A stretch of 62,855 nt of DNA, filler included, from Nemertoderma westbladi (taxonomy: Eukaryota > Animalia > Xenacoelomorpha), in the NCBI GenBank assembly GCA_032718475.1. It is 4 parts of 4 records of this genome, joined end to end, with 100 filler letters (N's around TTAATTAATTAA, not from the genome) between each part and the next. Parts side by side here need not be neighbours in the genome. Positions count along the whole stretch, not along the records: positions 1 to 18,638 come from JAUCBJ010005980.1; positions 18,739 to 32,434 come from JAUCBJ010006681.1; 2 more parts are not named here. One strand, 5' to 3'. Below, piece after piece: positions 12,590 through 24,490 of the stretch. The position numbers and the translations under genes are program-made. A model generated the notes under the pieces. That model was given only the letters and a program-made list of their open reading frames with translations. It searched no databases and was not told where the DNA came from. Numbering within the stretch: the stretch's first letter is position 1; every line of letters starts with the position of its first letter.

Positions 12590-15122
12590 ACATATATGCC
12601 AAGATTGAGCTTCAACCAAGTTAAAATCACGGAAATGGGAGAAGGATTTCACTTTCAGACATTGCACCCTCTAGCGACAGCCTGGAGAACTGCAGATGAA
12701 TTAGCCTCCTTTGAATAACACAGCTAATGGTGGCACCATTAGCTGTGTTATTCAAAGGTGTAGCACTAATCTGCTAAGTTTCACCTGGAACGGATTAAAA
12801 GTAAAGAAATGGGAGGAGGACATTTAATGTTTAGACATGTAGCTAAACATTACGCGGGCGCCTCTAGTGGGATACTGTTGAACTGATGGTGTCTAACTGA
12901 TACTTATTTCACTTAAAGAAAGGTACCCCTCCTAATACTTAATTAACTGAATGGGCTTATGTTAAAGTTAAGACGAACTTAGAGATAAGTCAGATTTATG
13001 CAACCGGCCCCAGGCATCTAACTATCTATGACTGGTAACTATGTAGCTAGCTGTCTTAAAAATAGACATGACAACGGAATTGATACAAATATCAGATTCA
13101 GAGAAAACTCGCCTAGAACTGTAAACGCATCGCTTCTATTTTAATTTATATAATTATAAATAATTGTCTTACTCGAATTCCGACGTCATGATTACATTAT
13201 GTATAGGGATTGTAAAAATCGGAAAGACGTAGATCATGGTGTATTGATTCATATATTTCATATATATTAAATTTTTATAAATCTCTGGTGAACGGCCCTT
13301 AATTAACTCCCAACATAACGGTTAACGTCATGATTGTAATTTTATACATGAAATTATTTCCTATAGGATTTCAATATTCCAGGAAAATGATAATCACAAC
13401 TGGGAAACTTAATTAAATTTTGCCTGTGAGTTATTACTTTTGTAATAAGCAATGACATTTATTGTTCCTCTGGGAAACTTCCAGTGTCCTTCATGGATTC
13501 TTCACAAGGAATATGAAACGGGAATGTAATAAAATCTGTAAGGAATTCTTCTTTGGGGATAAAGAAGCTTTGAATGAATGAATTCCGATATGTTTTCTGT
13601 CCACATTTAATTAGATTTTGCTTGAATAACTTACCTTGTATTTGTGTGCCGGCTGGTGGTAAAACACACTTCCGGCCTTTTTCTGGCCAAATCGTATGAC
13701 CAATGTTTTATGCTAAATAACAACTATATTGACCTTATATGGTCTCTCGTATCTGTGTGTTAGAGTGAGCATCCGTGCGCTAAATTGATCAAAGAAATTA
13801 TACTAACTCAGCAATATAGGAATTAAAAACGTACCCAACATTATTTGAACAGAGAGAAAACAGCTCATGTTTTGAAAAAGTATGTATGCTAGTGTGCTTT
13901 TGAAAAGGCTTTTACAAAATTAGAACTGGAACAAGTTCCCTATCTTCAATAACAATATCCTTACAGTAAAGTTTAATAATACCCCAAACCCGTACTTATT
14001 GTTCTTAAAAGTTTGTTACGTAACTAAAACCCAATAACGATTTTATTGGGTTCGTTACTACAGTTCCGTACTTACATTCTCGCACGTGGTCCAGTAAAAA
14101 ATTATACCGGTACCATAATTCTCCAACATTCGCCTCATGCCACTAAACCGTAGAAATAATGCAATTTTCCCTTATCGTATTCCCAACAGCATTGTATGAA
14201 GGGAATGAGCAATTCCGCCCTCCTCAGGTTGCCCTCCCTAGGGCCCAAATGGTTATGACTCACACAGAACAGGATGTCCTTGCCTAAGATCCTTGTCCGC
14301 ACGATCAAGTATTTGAGGAAAACACGGCTATATAGCAAAATAATGGATAAGAGTTGGAGAGTCGTATTCGGTGAGGTTGTTAGTGCCAGTGCAACCGCGG
14401 GCGAAAGATAAGTCCAGGTTTCGGTTGTGATGACTTGCGATTACCATACATCCCGATCCGCGCACTCTCTTTGGATTCGCAACACGTATACACCGGGATC
14501 GAATCACAATGGGTTTAGTTTAGCTTAGATGCGCAGTAATAGAAGGAGGTTTTTACCTATTCTTTAGCCGCACTCTCAATCTGATACCGGATTGTTACCG
14601 ACTGATATAATGAGATAGAAGAGAGGTGCGGGGCGGTAGGATTTCATTAACATTGTTGCGTATACTGCTTTGTTCGACTCACTTCTGTTGTAGTTGCAAC
14701 AATAATTGCTGGAGTTGTTGCAAAAAAGAGCGATGTGGGAATTACATGATGAGATTCTAAATACAGTATGTATGTAACTTTTCATGATAACTGCAGTGCC
14801 TGCCTAGCAATTAAAGGTTAATTGATAACTTTTGTGTTGAGCGATCGCTTTCAATTTATAGATTCTGCCCATGGCCGATGTACATTTAACTTGAACGAAC
14901 GGCAGATTAATTTATAACTTATGTGATGGCTTTCTTTATGCTTGTAATCACCGCTTAATTTATAAAAAATTATTGTAATATGTTATGAGCTGCTAATTTA
15001 TTGACTTAGACCGAACCATTTGGCCTTTCCCTATCCATTTTATGTTTGGGCCGACAGCCAAACAATTTATATCTCGTGCCATGACCGATCAATTTAACTT
15101 TAAACTCTTATATTATGCACAG

Positions 15123-15410
15123 CTTGGCGTAGTGGGTCATTGTCTTGATTTCGCATCTCTGGCTCCGGAGGGCGTGGGTTCGATCCTCGCAAGGGGGCCA
15201 CGGGATTTTTCGTTTCGGCATGAATGCTTTGAAGGAACTACTTGAAGGCGCATCTCTGCCTTGCATCGTTAAATGGTAGCTAAATGAGTACAAGTTACCT
15301 CTTTACACTGTAGAGTATAGTTATAGGACAACGCACTGCATATAAGACGTGAGACATAGCGTAATCCTTGGGTAAGAAAACCAATGCCGTAGAACACTTT
15401 ACTTTTACTT
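15123..15410 (+). mobile_element. tRNA-derived SINE with Meta-domain-like core
   Basis: A box TGGCGTAGTGG, B box GTTCGATCC, core gccttgcatcgttaaatggtagctaaatgagtac shared with 42679-42870, and a short ttttac tail. Confidence 0.75.
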
Positions 15411-16491
15411 GTTTTATTATGTTATTTTATTGTTTTGTTAAGAAGTTATCTCCTCTTATGACTTAAGTGAAAATATGTGTTGATCACAGGATAACAAAGA
15501 TAATTTTGATGTCAAGTTGGGGTCGAACTGCAACTGGTGAGCTCTTCTTTGGAAGCATAAAGGTCTAAACATTCCGATATCAGTTCTCGCAAAAGGTGGA
15601 CATGAACCTGAAATGAAAATGCCACTACAAAAGTAAGTTCTGGTTTATCTTAATAACTTATGTATTACTAATGTAAAAGTCAATGATGCCCCGGTCAATT
15701 TGTAACTCTGATTCACCTATTCTATACAAGTTAATATTATTATATAATGGGTTGAATTTTAGAGAATTATATAGGGATGAGTTTTGATTGCGTCAAAAGT
15801 GCCATCGCCTCCACCACCCTTATCTGCAATAACAATAATAATAAGTACCTTAACTAATTAACTAATTATGACCTTATTTTCTGGGCCCTCTGACATATTA
15901 GGAGTAGTAACTATACTTGTTTTCTATAGTTTGCAATCAGTCTCACGCTTTCACGTTTATGAGTCGACAGTGACATGCTGCGTTTGGTAGTAGTAAGAGG
16001 CCACAGTTTGCCCCATCCCCTTTCTATTGGTAGATGCCATCCCTAGTCGCCTAGTCAGTCACATTGGGCTTACGAACTCCATTCCAAGGAACCTGCAGGC
16101 TCTCCATGATTGCAGGAATCGTGATGAGGAATCGTATTTGAGCTGCCGCTATTGGTGGAATACAATCTTCCTTGCCCACATGCGCAGGTCGCTGCGGAGC
16201 AGGAATACATGACAAAGTTGGAATTGAAACGACGCATAGTTTATACAACACTGATCGACTGGTGAAGTTAGTTTGTTTGTAGACACACAAACACATACAG
16301 ATATTATATTCTCCAAAATATAATCTACTATTATATTTATTTATGTTTATGTGCCACCGAAAATGTGATTTATTTTTCTGTTAGATTTAGATGAGGTGAC
16401 ACATTTTCTGGTTTCTAGTATTTCTGGTTGGATTTTTCGATATTTTTCATATTTTCTACTGTTGTTTTATATCGCTTCACAGAAATCCACT

Positions 16492-17589
16492 ATGAATAAT
16501 AACGCGCCGTACTTCAATCAAGAATTCATACTGTTGGCGAATAACAATGAGAACAGGATAATCCAGGAACCTCCGCTCATAAGACTGCAAGCCCAGTCCT
16601 GGTCCATGGAGACCCTGCCAAACTGGAAGTCTTTCCTCAAGAGTCCGAAGCCTTGGGAACTGGGTCGTATGAGGCGTGTCTCTACGTCTCCTACTCTGAC
16701 GCCTACCTGTGGGTTCTGCGTGCAGCACACCCGTGCAGCCCGACTCACTCGCACAGGCGTGCTCTGGATCCTTCTATCAGCACTGACTACTTCCCTATCT
16801 ACTCTCGCATTCCTCTCTCCTTGCTGGATCCTGGAGTCTGGAACCAATGATGAGACAGGGTTTGGAGTTTTCTCATTTTGTACTAAAGGAGAAGATAATA
16901 TTGTTAACTGCAGGTAAATTAGACCTTTTGACTTTGTTTAATGTTGTTTAGCCGGTACAGCATTCTTAAAAATGCAGCTGCAATGCAGCATGCCGATCCT
17001 ATAACATCATTAACAATAACCTCATTAAACAACATTACTCTACAGTAATGTTGTTTAATGATGTTATTGTTTAACTAGGTAAGCGTTAAATCTCGTTGAA
17101 TTAAACTCCAAGAGTTATGATATTTTATAGGCCTATTAACTTACTACCTTAGATAATTTTTATAAGTGCCGTCCATACTAAGTAAGTATACAATTACGAA
17201 ACAACATGTTATTTATTACATTGCTTAAAAGATTTATTATTGATAGTAATAATGTATTTTTCGAGGTGTTTGTTATGATACATTTATTATAGGAAGGGAA
17301 AAGATTTAAGGCTGACTACTGGCGGTCTGGGCGAGTAACTTTACCTCTGGGGGATTACGTAACTATGTTGTTACTGTAAGCTATGTTCGCCTATGTTGCA
17401 GGGTGTATGGCGGGCGATATAACCTACTAGACATACCCACGGTTATATGGCAGGTTGTTTCCATTCTCTACGGCGGCGGCTGTTGTTTACTCATAGTCTG
17501 CACGATGGTTGCCATTAGCAACCTCTTCATTAAAGGCATTGTTGGGTCGAATTCTTCTATTCTCATTGGCTACATTCAGTGCGCTGCCC
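16492..17589 (+). CDS. LHFPL-family (lipoma HMGIC fusion partner-like) tetraspan membrane protein, partial: exons 16492-16913 and 17402-17589
   Basis: GVLWILLS...FLSPCW...FGVFSFC...C-R-VYGG...IPTVIWQ...LYGGGCCLL fits the LHFPL pattern. The phase-2 GT-AG intron 16914-17401 keeps frame and a donor GTAAG follows at 17590. Later exons were not found before the contig ends. Confidence 0.85.
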
Positions 17590-18638
17590 GTAAGTTTTAT
17601 GAAATATAAAATATTGGATTACATTACTGTTGCGACAGAAGTAAACTGATACTTCTTATTTCGGAAATATATTTAAATAATTTTGATGCACCATCATAAT
17701 TACTATCGAAAATAAGTAAAGGCAACATGGATTTAATGTGAGTCGACTTGATGTATCTTGACTTGATGTATCTTGACTTGATTCAATGAAATGATCATGC
17801 CATAGGGGAGTGGTAAGTAAGTATATCTGGGCTGTATATGTGGGCAGAGGCGGACATAACGGTTTGGATCTCTTAAGAGTCGAATTTAACATTTCAGTGC
17901 TGTATGGATTCTTGGGTAGAGTCCTCAATTTTGATAAATTATGACAAACATAATAACATATGTATAACATACGTATACAGCGAGTTTACCCGAATTATAT
18001 AGTGGGTTCGGTGTAAGAATGCAGTGGGTTTACATAGTAGGTTATAAGATATTCAATCATTACTATTACGGGAAGTAAGTACGATCTAGGCCTACATACT
18101 GCTTCGGCATTCGCAAATGTTCAATAATAAATCTCTATAAACGGGAGTAATTACTATAATGCATTCCTATTTGAGCTCTCCACACTACGGTTGTATACTT
18201 TTTTTTTACAGCGGTGATATAAAAATATATTACTACTTCCATTATGTCATTTAAAACAATCACCATTTAAAATCAAAATATTCAAAACTCAAAAAATTAT
18301 AATAAATAATTTTAATTTGTTGTGAATCCCTAGTGCGTATTACTTGGATATTGTCTGTACGGACTTGTGTTTGCTGATATCACTTTGTATTCCTATGCAG
18401 ATACTTTATGATTTTGCAAACAAAAGATTTCAGTACAAAAAGTATGATTATGTAACATACAATAATATGTAGTTTTTATATTTTTCTATTTGTTTGTAAA
18501 GTATTATAGTACCAACATTTTGGGAGTGAGATACGGGTCTAAATAAGTTATCATTCCTCATATACTACAGTAGAGAGGCTTCCGGAAAAATCGTGACGAA
18601 TTTTTTTGTGAGTAACTATGGGAATATAGATAGATGAC

Positions 18639-18738
18639 NNNNNNNNNNNNNNNNNNNNNNNNNNNNNNNNNNNNNNNNNNNNTTAATTAATTAANNNNNN
18701 NNNNNNNNNNNNNNNNNNNNNNNNNNNNNNNNNNNNNN
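18639..18738. other. Artificial contig linker (N44-TTAATTAATTAA-N44)
   Basis: Identical 100-bp spacer with six-frame stops occurs three times. Confidence 0.98.
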
Positions 18739-19966
18739 GCCAATGTCCCAAGAGCAGCTCGCGCGAGTTGGACTATAGAAAATTTGCTGCTCGATATATG
18801 CGGCGTAATGGTATGTATATGGGCTTCTTAACTACTGGTCATCCTATCGATTTACACAATACGGACTATGTCGACTATATATCCTGCCCAGCGGAGTCGG
18901 AACCATAAACGGAAATTCGAATGCAAAAATTCTATTCGAAATCGACTCGAAAGAAAAGACACTTAAGAAACAAATGGACGTGGTAACTCCAACGTATATT
19001 TGGAATTCTTGATAGAAGCATTGTAACAACAAATAAATATCACCCGCGTTTACCCTACCAGACGTGCGTCTTTGGTATTATTACGATAAATGCCCTAGAC
19101 CCAACTAATAAACGGAAAGACATAAACATCCACGTAAACCGAAACTTGTTGACGTATCACCTATGCTCACTCGGCTCGAACGATCCTGGAGTAAACCTAC
19201 GATCAGAGTCCCGGAATACTCGGTCAAACCTCCTCATTCCTTAGTTGGACCTCAGACCTGCGATCCTGGTGGTGTCGCGGATCCTCGCGGACTGTATTCA
19301 CTGTTCAAAGATCTAGTGCTACCCTAACAATTAATTGGTAACACTCCGACAGTGATTTCTAGCTAGCCGCCCATCTTACCTAGCCGGATTGTGACGCGGA
19401 CACCTAATATCACTATCCAACCGTATGGTCGTCCACGTTTAACGCGATACAACCCCTCATCAAGGTAAAGGAGAGCGTTGTACGAAACGAGTTAAACGCT
19501 ATTTTATAAAGATCAAAAAGGAAACCTGCGTTTGTTCAGATAAACGTAAGTTATAACAGTAAGTCCAATCGATAAACGAATTGGCCTTATCTCAATTCGA
19601 TTGGGAAATCCAGAATCTCTAAGAAGTTATCGAACTTGGACGATCCTATTCTCTGCGAGAGTTTTTGGATGAACGTATCCAGCTACGAGCGGAGGAAAAT
19701 CAGCTCGAGGAGAAGCATATCGAAACGGCAGATACCTCGACCACAATCCTACACCTTCTGATGCAATCATATTGCACCCTTCACCCAGGAGTTATGGCCC
19801 TCCTAGTAAAGTGGCTCCCCCCAAAGAGAAAAAGACTCTTGCTAGCCTCAAAAAACTGCGTAAACGCCGTCTGCGTAAGAAAGACTAACTGTTTAGAGTA
19901 TCTTTATGTTTTAGAAACTGTGATTTTTATATTTTATAGACTGAAAATCCCATTTTCTGGGAGCGG
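18739..19966 (+). pseudogene. Degenerate 3' internal region of a Gypsy element (integrase C-terminus, basic tail, 3' UTR, PPT)
   Basis: Manual translation gives RMQKFYSKS...NKYHPRLPY...INIHVNR (GPY/F-module-like) with stops and frameshifts. One frame ends KKLRKRRLRKKD* at ~19888. PPT-like gggagcgg lies directly before TGT at 19967. Confidence 0.6.
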
Positions 19967-21174
19967 TGTAAAAGCTTTTGCTGAATTGTCCGGTTATTTT
20001 TCCCGTAAAATACTCTGTAGTTGGTTTACCAGGCATAAAAAGGCCGTGTCCTTGCTGTACTGGTGTTTTAGCGGACATAAAAGCTATTTCTTCTGTATTT
20101 GTACTTTAGAGGACATAATCTGTAATTCCGTGACGTAAAAGCTCGATACTCTTGAAAACAGTGTCGCTACCATGACGACGGCTAGCAGCTGATATTGCCA
20201 CGTCGACGTTTCTTTGTCTCTTTGTTCTCTCGTTGTTCAGGTTGACCAATGAGAGCGTTTGTTGTCTCTGTGTTAGAGGTGTATACAGAAACTCAGTAGT
20301 TCAGTGTTATGTTTTGCCCAGAGCCTAAGAACCGGCTTTTGGCACCTCCGTGTTTTCAGTTTTTAGTCCTACACTAGTAGGCTTAATTATAAGGACATAT
20401 ATCCGTTATCTGATGTCTGATGACTGATGTCTGCATACTGCATACTGCATACTGCAGTACTGCATACACTGCATACTGTGTAACACTGTGCATACTTTTA
20501 TATTGTTATACTGCTATTTACTGTCAGTTCTTCATAATATGGTTGATGAATTATTATATTTTGAATAACGACAAATAACCCCAAAAACCCAATATTCTTG
20601 ATATACCGAAGGTAAGAGAGAAAGGTTACAGATAAATGATTGCGACCTATGTTGAGTGGTTTGAAGTGAATCTAATGTTATTTGATAGACCCTACATGAT
20701 TCGGTCCGTGTTCCTTTTATATGTGACTAAAATCAGTGAAGATCGGCAGATCAGTGTGCAGTATTGTGCAGCATTGTGTATGAGTGAGACTGATAACGAA
20801 GCATTTCCTAAAGAATGCGCCATATATGTAAATTGTAACTAAGCCATATCGTTGTGAGTAGTTTAAGTCATAACTCTGTTTGTATAGATAGAGCGCCACG
20901 TCCTAAAGGAACTGTTAATATTTCCCGAAGGTGAATAATATTGTCAGAGATTATATAATACTGCCAGTCGAATAATACATTAGGCTTACATAGCAATAAA
21001 ATTAAGCCGTCGAACCCAATCTCCCGGGTATATCCAGCGGGTGAATGATCGCGCACAGATTGGTTTCGACTAGTGTAGTGAATTAAATATTTGTCATAGA
21101 CTAAAGGTGATTTATTATCTAGAAGACATCCTAATTTGGCGGGTTAAACTGCCAAAGGTCTGAAAGCGCGAACA
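19967..21174 (+). repeat. 3' LTR copy A (~1.2 kb)
   Basis: Starts TGTAAAAGCTTT and ends AAAGCGCGAACA (imperfect TIR TGTnnnnGCTTT). Homology with copy B stops exactly at ACA. CCAAT at 20246. Confidence 0.8.
20500..21174 (+). ncRNA. Putative large structured cis-RNA in LTR copy A (family unassigned)
   Basis: Several helices with compensatory and G-U-consistent changes versus copy B (see findings). The 5' boundary is approximate. Confidence 0.65.
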
Positions 21175-21220
21175 GGCGTGGACTTTGAACGCAATCAAAA
21201 TTCATTCCTCTCTAGGGGAA

Positions 21221-22834
21221 CTATTAATACTAGGTCGAGCGAACTCGGACAGTGGAAATGAGATCCTTCCGGGCTTCCCGATTCTCCAAATACTAATAGG
21301 TCGAGTGAGCTCGGACAGTGGAAATGAGATCCTTCCAGGCTTCCCGATTCTCCATAGTTGTCGCAATTTCGTTTCTCCCAAGTTCAGTATCCCTTTCAAG
21401 TTGGTCTATATATGTTATGGCCGGTCGTCCACGACTACGCTTTCTATGAGTTGGTTGCCAGAGAAGTAGATCTGGTATGACCTCGTCTTTACTTCGCCAG
21501 CAGTGCCCACTGAATCTTAATCTGCGTTCACGGAGGGTGTTTGATACAGGTGGTATAGTACCATAGAGCTCGGTGTTTGTCATGTGTTGTCTCCAGCTGA
21601 TGTTTAGGGCTGCCCTTAGTAGTCTTGTGTAGCAACCATCAATTCGTTGTTCAAGTGATTTAGTCAGTGTCCAGGTCTCACCCCCGTATAAAAATACACT
21701 TTCCACTGTGGCTCGAAAGAACTTAGTCTTCAGGTGCCTGGAGAGATCTGATTTCCAGATGGTATCCATATTTGATAGAGCTACCCAAGCCTTTGCTTTC
21801 TTAATTTCTATGTCTTTTCTGCTACTCTCTCTATCCATAATAATATATTTATTTATCAGCGCCTATTCAAATTAATGAAAAAGTGCTCTAGGCGCACTAG
21901 CTAAAAAGTAAAAGCAGTAGTAAGTAATTAAAAGATCAGTTATATACACGGCTAAAATAATGAGTCTTGAGACAACGCTTAAATGAGTCCAGAGACCCAC
22001 AAGATTTAACCGAATCTGGGAGTGCGTTCCATATCATCGGAGCTGCAACCGAAAATGATCGACGTCCATAATGTTCAAGTCGGTACCTAGGTTGTACCAG
22101 GTTGTTTTGGTAAGCAGAACGAAGATCTCGTGCCGGTTGGTAAACTGAAACCAACTGTGATAGGTAGTTAGGAGCTGTCCCGTTCAGGCATTCATGATCC
22201 AAGGTACTGGAAATCGTCAACCTTCCTTGTTGATTATTATCGATTGTTGTCAAGTTTCCATCAACATTAAAAGTCATGAATTGAATTCGGTCTTGGTAGT
22301 ATTAATATGCAATCCAACCTCCTTAGCAGCCCTCTTGGTGGCAGCCCAAGCGAGTTGCTGAAGTGATCGTTCCATTAACCAACACGTTCTTCATGAATAC
22401 CAGCAAATAGGCGCCCCAAAGCTCAAGTAATTCCGCCAGATGCTTCATTATTGATTGTTGCTGGATGTGAGCAGTTGTTTTTTACTTTGTAGGCTATCCT
22501 TAAGATCTTCTCTATTAACATAGTAACCTAGTAACCAAGTAACCTAAGAGTCTTGCCATGGCACATAATGTTTTCATTTTGGTTTCTAGTAAATTGAATC
22601 GGTAGAATGGTCTTCATCCATTGAACCTCTCTGGAACTTCAAAGCGGTTTTGAACTTCTACTGTGTAAGCATCCTTTACTGCATTGTCAGTTATGAGTTT
22701 CTCCCAGTCATAGTTATTTCGCTTGCTTGTCCTGGGTTTACTGGCTCTTTAACTAAGTCTGTTCTTTGCAGTCACAATTCTGTGGTCCGATCTAATCAGG
22801 TTGAACGAGCTGCTGTATGCCTCGCAGTTAATCA
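21221..22834 (-). mobile_element. Internally deleted RTE-clade LINE with duplicated 3' end
   Basis: ORF 21293-21838 (KTKFFRATVESVFLYGGETWTL...RLRFSGHCWR...RGRP). Its APE-region pieces match 37400-37800. TSD TCTAGGGGAA (21211-21220) / TCTAAGGGAA (22835-22844). Confidence 0.85.
21840..22193 (-). mobile_element. L2/CR1-group LINE 3' end nested in the RTE
   Basis: APNYLSQL...P.RDLRS...GRRSFSVAAPMIWNALP...FKRCLKTHYF with an aataaat/att tail. It splits the RTE motif YLGS|WIESS. Confidence 0.85.
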
Positions 22835-23226
22835 TCTAAGGGAAAATTGACGCAAATAAGAGAAAATTACGCCCAAAATCCTGTTCTATTGACTTTAATT
22901 TATTGATAGTTTTGGTTTGGTTAACGTACCGCTGTAACCTGTTCCTTTCCCTTAATTATAATATAACATTGAGACTTGATATCGATTCGCCGAGATGGGG
23001 GTTTGCATTCAGTTCCCCCTCCAGCCACTTAATATTTGTGGTCCATCTAATCTCCATGAATAAGCACTGATCCCGATAGTTGAGTGCATTTCTGTCACTT
23101 TTTGCTGGTAATCCGCGGCTTACCAGATATACCAGACTTACCAGGGGTATTCATATTAAATATTGGGTAAATCTGGTTTAGAAAGAGTCTTTCACCATGT
23201 GGATATATTGAAAATGGTGGATTGTT

Positions 23227-23269
23227 TACCGTATGGCCATTTCACCCATCACGGGCGTCTTCAGCGGTA
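23227..23269 (-). ncRNA. Minimal type I hammerhead ribozyme
   Basis: Exact reverse complement of the 23849-23891 motif. Confidence 0.75.
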
Positions 23270-23348
23270 TATATACACAACAATAAAATAAATAATACCA
23301 TTTAAATCGAATTAGAGACCAACAAATTTAAAAGATTTCCAAGCAGGT

Positions 23349-23728
23349 TATTGTGCAGAGGTTGTGTTTGTTTTATTTTAATTTATATTGTGCAGAGGTT
23401 GTGTTTGTTTTATTTTAATTTATATTGTGCAGAGGTTGTGTTTGTTTTATTTTAATTTATATTGTGCAGAGGTTGTGTTTGTTTTATTTTAATTTATATT
23501 GTGCAGAGGTTGTGTTTGTTTTATTTTAATTTATATTGTGCAGAGGTTGTGTTTGTTTTATTTTAATTTATATTGTACAGAGGTTGTGTTTGTTTTATTT
23601 TAACTTATATTGTGCAGAGGTTGTGTTTGTTTTATTTTAATTTATATTGTACAGAGGTTGTGTTTGTTTTATTTTAATTTATATTGTACAGAGGTTGTGT
23701 TTGTTTTATTTTAATTTATATTGTACAG
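23349..23728. repeat. 37-bp tandem repeat (tattgtgcagaggttgtgtttgttttattttaattta), ~10 copies
   Basis: Direct tandem repeats between the inverted arms. Confidence 0.95.
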
Positions 23729-23848
23729 TACACCCTCTGCACACTATGCTGCTTGGAAATCTTTTAAAGGTTTCTAATGTCTAATCGAAATCTTGTTGGT
23801 CTCTAATTCGATTTAAATGGTTTTATTTATTTTATTGTTGTGTATATA

Positions 23849-23891
23849 TACCGCTGAAGACGCCCGTGATGGGTGAAATGGCCATACGGTA
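23849..23891 (+). ncRNA. Minimal type I hammerhead ribozyme
   Basis: TACCG-CTGAAGA-C-GCCC gtgat GGGT-GAAA-TGGCCA-TA-CGGTA: stem I TACCG/CGGTA, catalytic core, stem II, palindromic stem III ATGGCCAT and AUA cleavage triplet. Confidence 0.75.
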
Positions 23892-24249
23892 AACAATCCA
23901 CCATTTTCAATATATCCACATGGTGAAAAACCCTTTATCAACAAGATTTCCCTAACATTTGAGTTATGGATGTCCAAGAAGTCCGAAAAACAATGATTCT
24001 GGAGATGGAAGGGGTTAACGGATCCCCGGAGGAACTTAAAATATATCAATGTATCCATCAGAAAGCTGAATCGAATACAATGGATTCCTATCTTTCCAGA
24101 ATTAGCTCCAGCAAGGCGAGTTTACCTTTGCGGAAAACCATAATTTCCAGTTCTAACGTTGTTTAGTTGAAAAAGTGGCGGGAGTTGGGGGGGGGGGGGG
24201 GGGGTAATTTTGCCAGTTTCGTTTTACTTTGTCTTAACTTTTTCAACAG

Positions 24250-24490
24250 ATTTCGTTTGGGATTGAAACAATTCTTTTGTTGTTGCCGATCGTCTAACCG
24301 CCCTAACTACCAAGGCAATTCCATTCGGTTGACGTCAGTACAACATTCCAACATTTACCATGCCAACCAACAACCACTAAATGACGGACATTCTGAAGCA
24401 GTTGACCGGTATTTGTCCGAAACCGACAGATATGATGCGGATGAAATTAACTCGGAATTACGGAAAAGCAGTTCGAATCGGGATGTTTAA
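24250..24490 (+). CDS. Probable terminal exon of a class A (rhodopsin-like) GPCR: helix 8 and cytoplasmic tail
   Basis: Polypyrimidine tract and CAG acceptor at 24249, then (R)FRLGLKQFFCCCRSS..., like helix 8 with palmitoylation cysteines, and a Ser-rich tail to TAA. Upstream exons are not in this contig. Confidence 0.6.

Larger units (their letters stand above)
23160..23960. mobile_element. Penelope-like inverted pseudo-LTR pair
   Basis: ~200-bp near-identical inverted arms (23160-23360 and 23735-23960), each carrying a hammerhead motif. Confidence 0.7.

Noticed and set aside
15123-15200. Genuine tRNA genes here and at 42679
   Set aside because: No complete cloverleaf, and both continue into a shared SINE core.
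18739-19888. Alternative genetic code (TAA/TAG read as Gln)
   Set aside because: TGA stops and frameshifts also occur, and host genes end in TAG/TAA. Ordinary pseudogene decay fits better.
20200-20245. Hammerhead on the minus strand (GAAACGTCGACGT)
   Set aside because: No CUGANGA core or stem II upstream.
20500-21174. Group I intron, telomerase/H-ACA RNA or dicistrovirus IGR IRES identity for the structured RNA
   Set aside because: The R-like GTCAGAGATTA has no conserved P7 partner and P/Q/R/S order fails. No telomeric template is conserved between copies, and the terminal ACA is explained by the LTR end. An AUUU loop and GAGAG/CUCUC are present, but there is no CAGCC loop or conserved P1.1.
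21172-22906. 36-codon non-AUG ORF after LTR A (TGVDFERNQ...LLTLIY) once the RTE is removed
   Set aside because: It lies in flanking host DNA beyond the LTR end, has no similarity to the copy B flank, and its length is compatible with chance.
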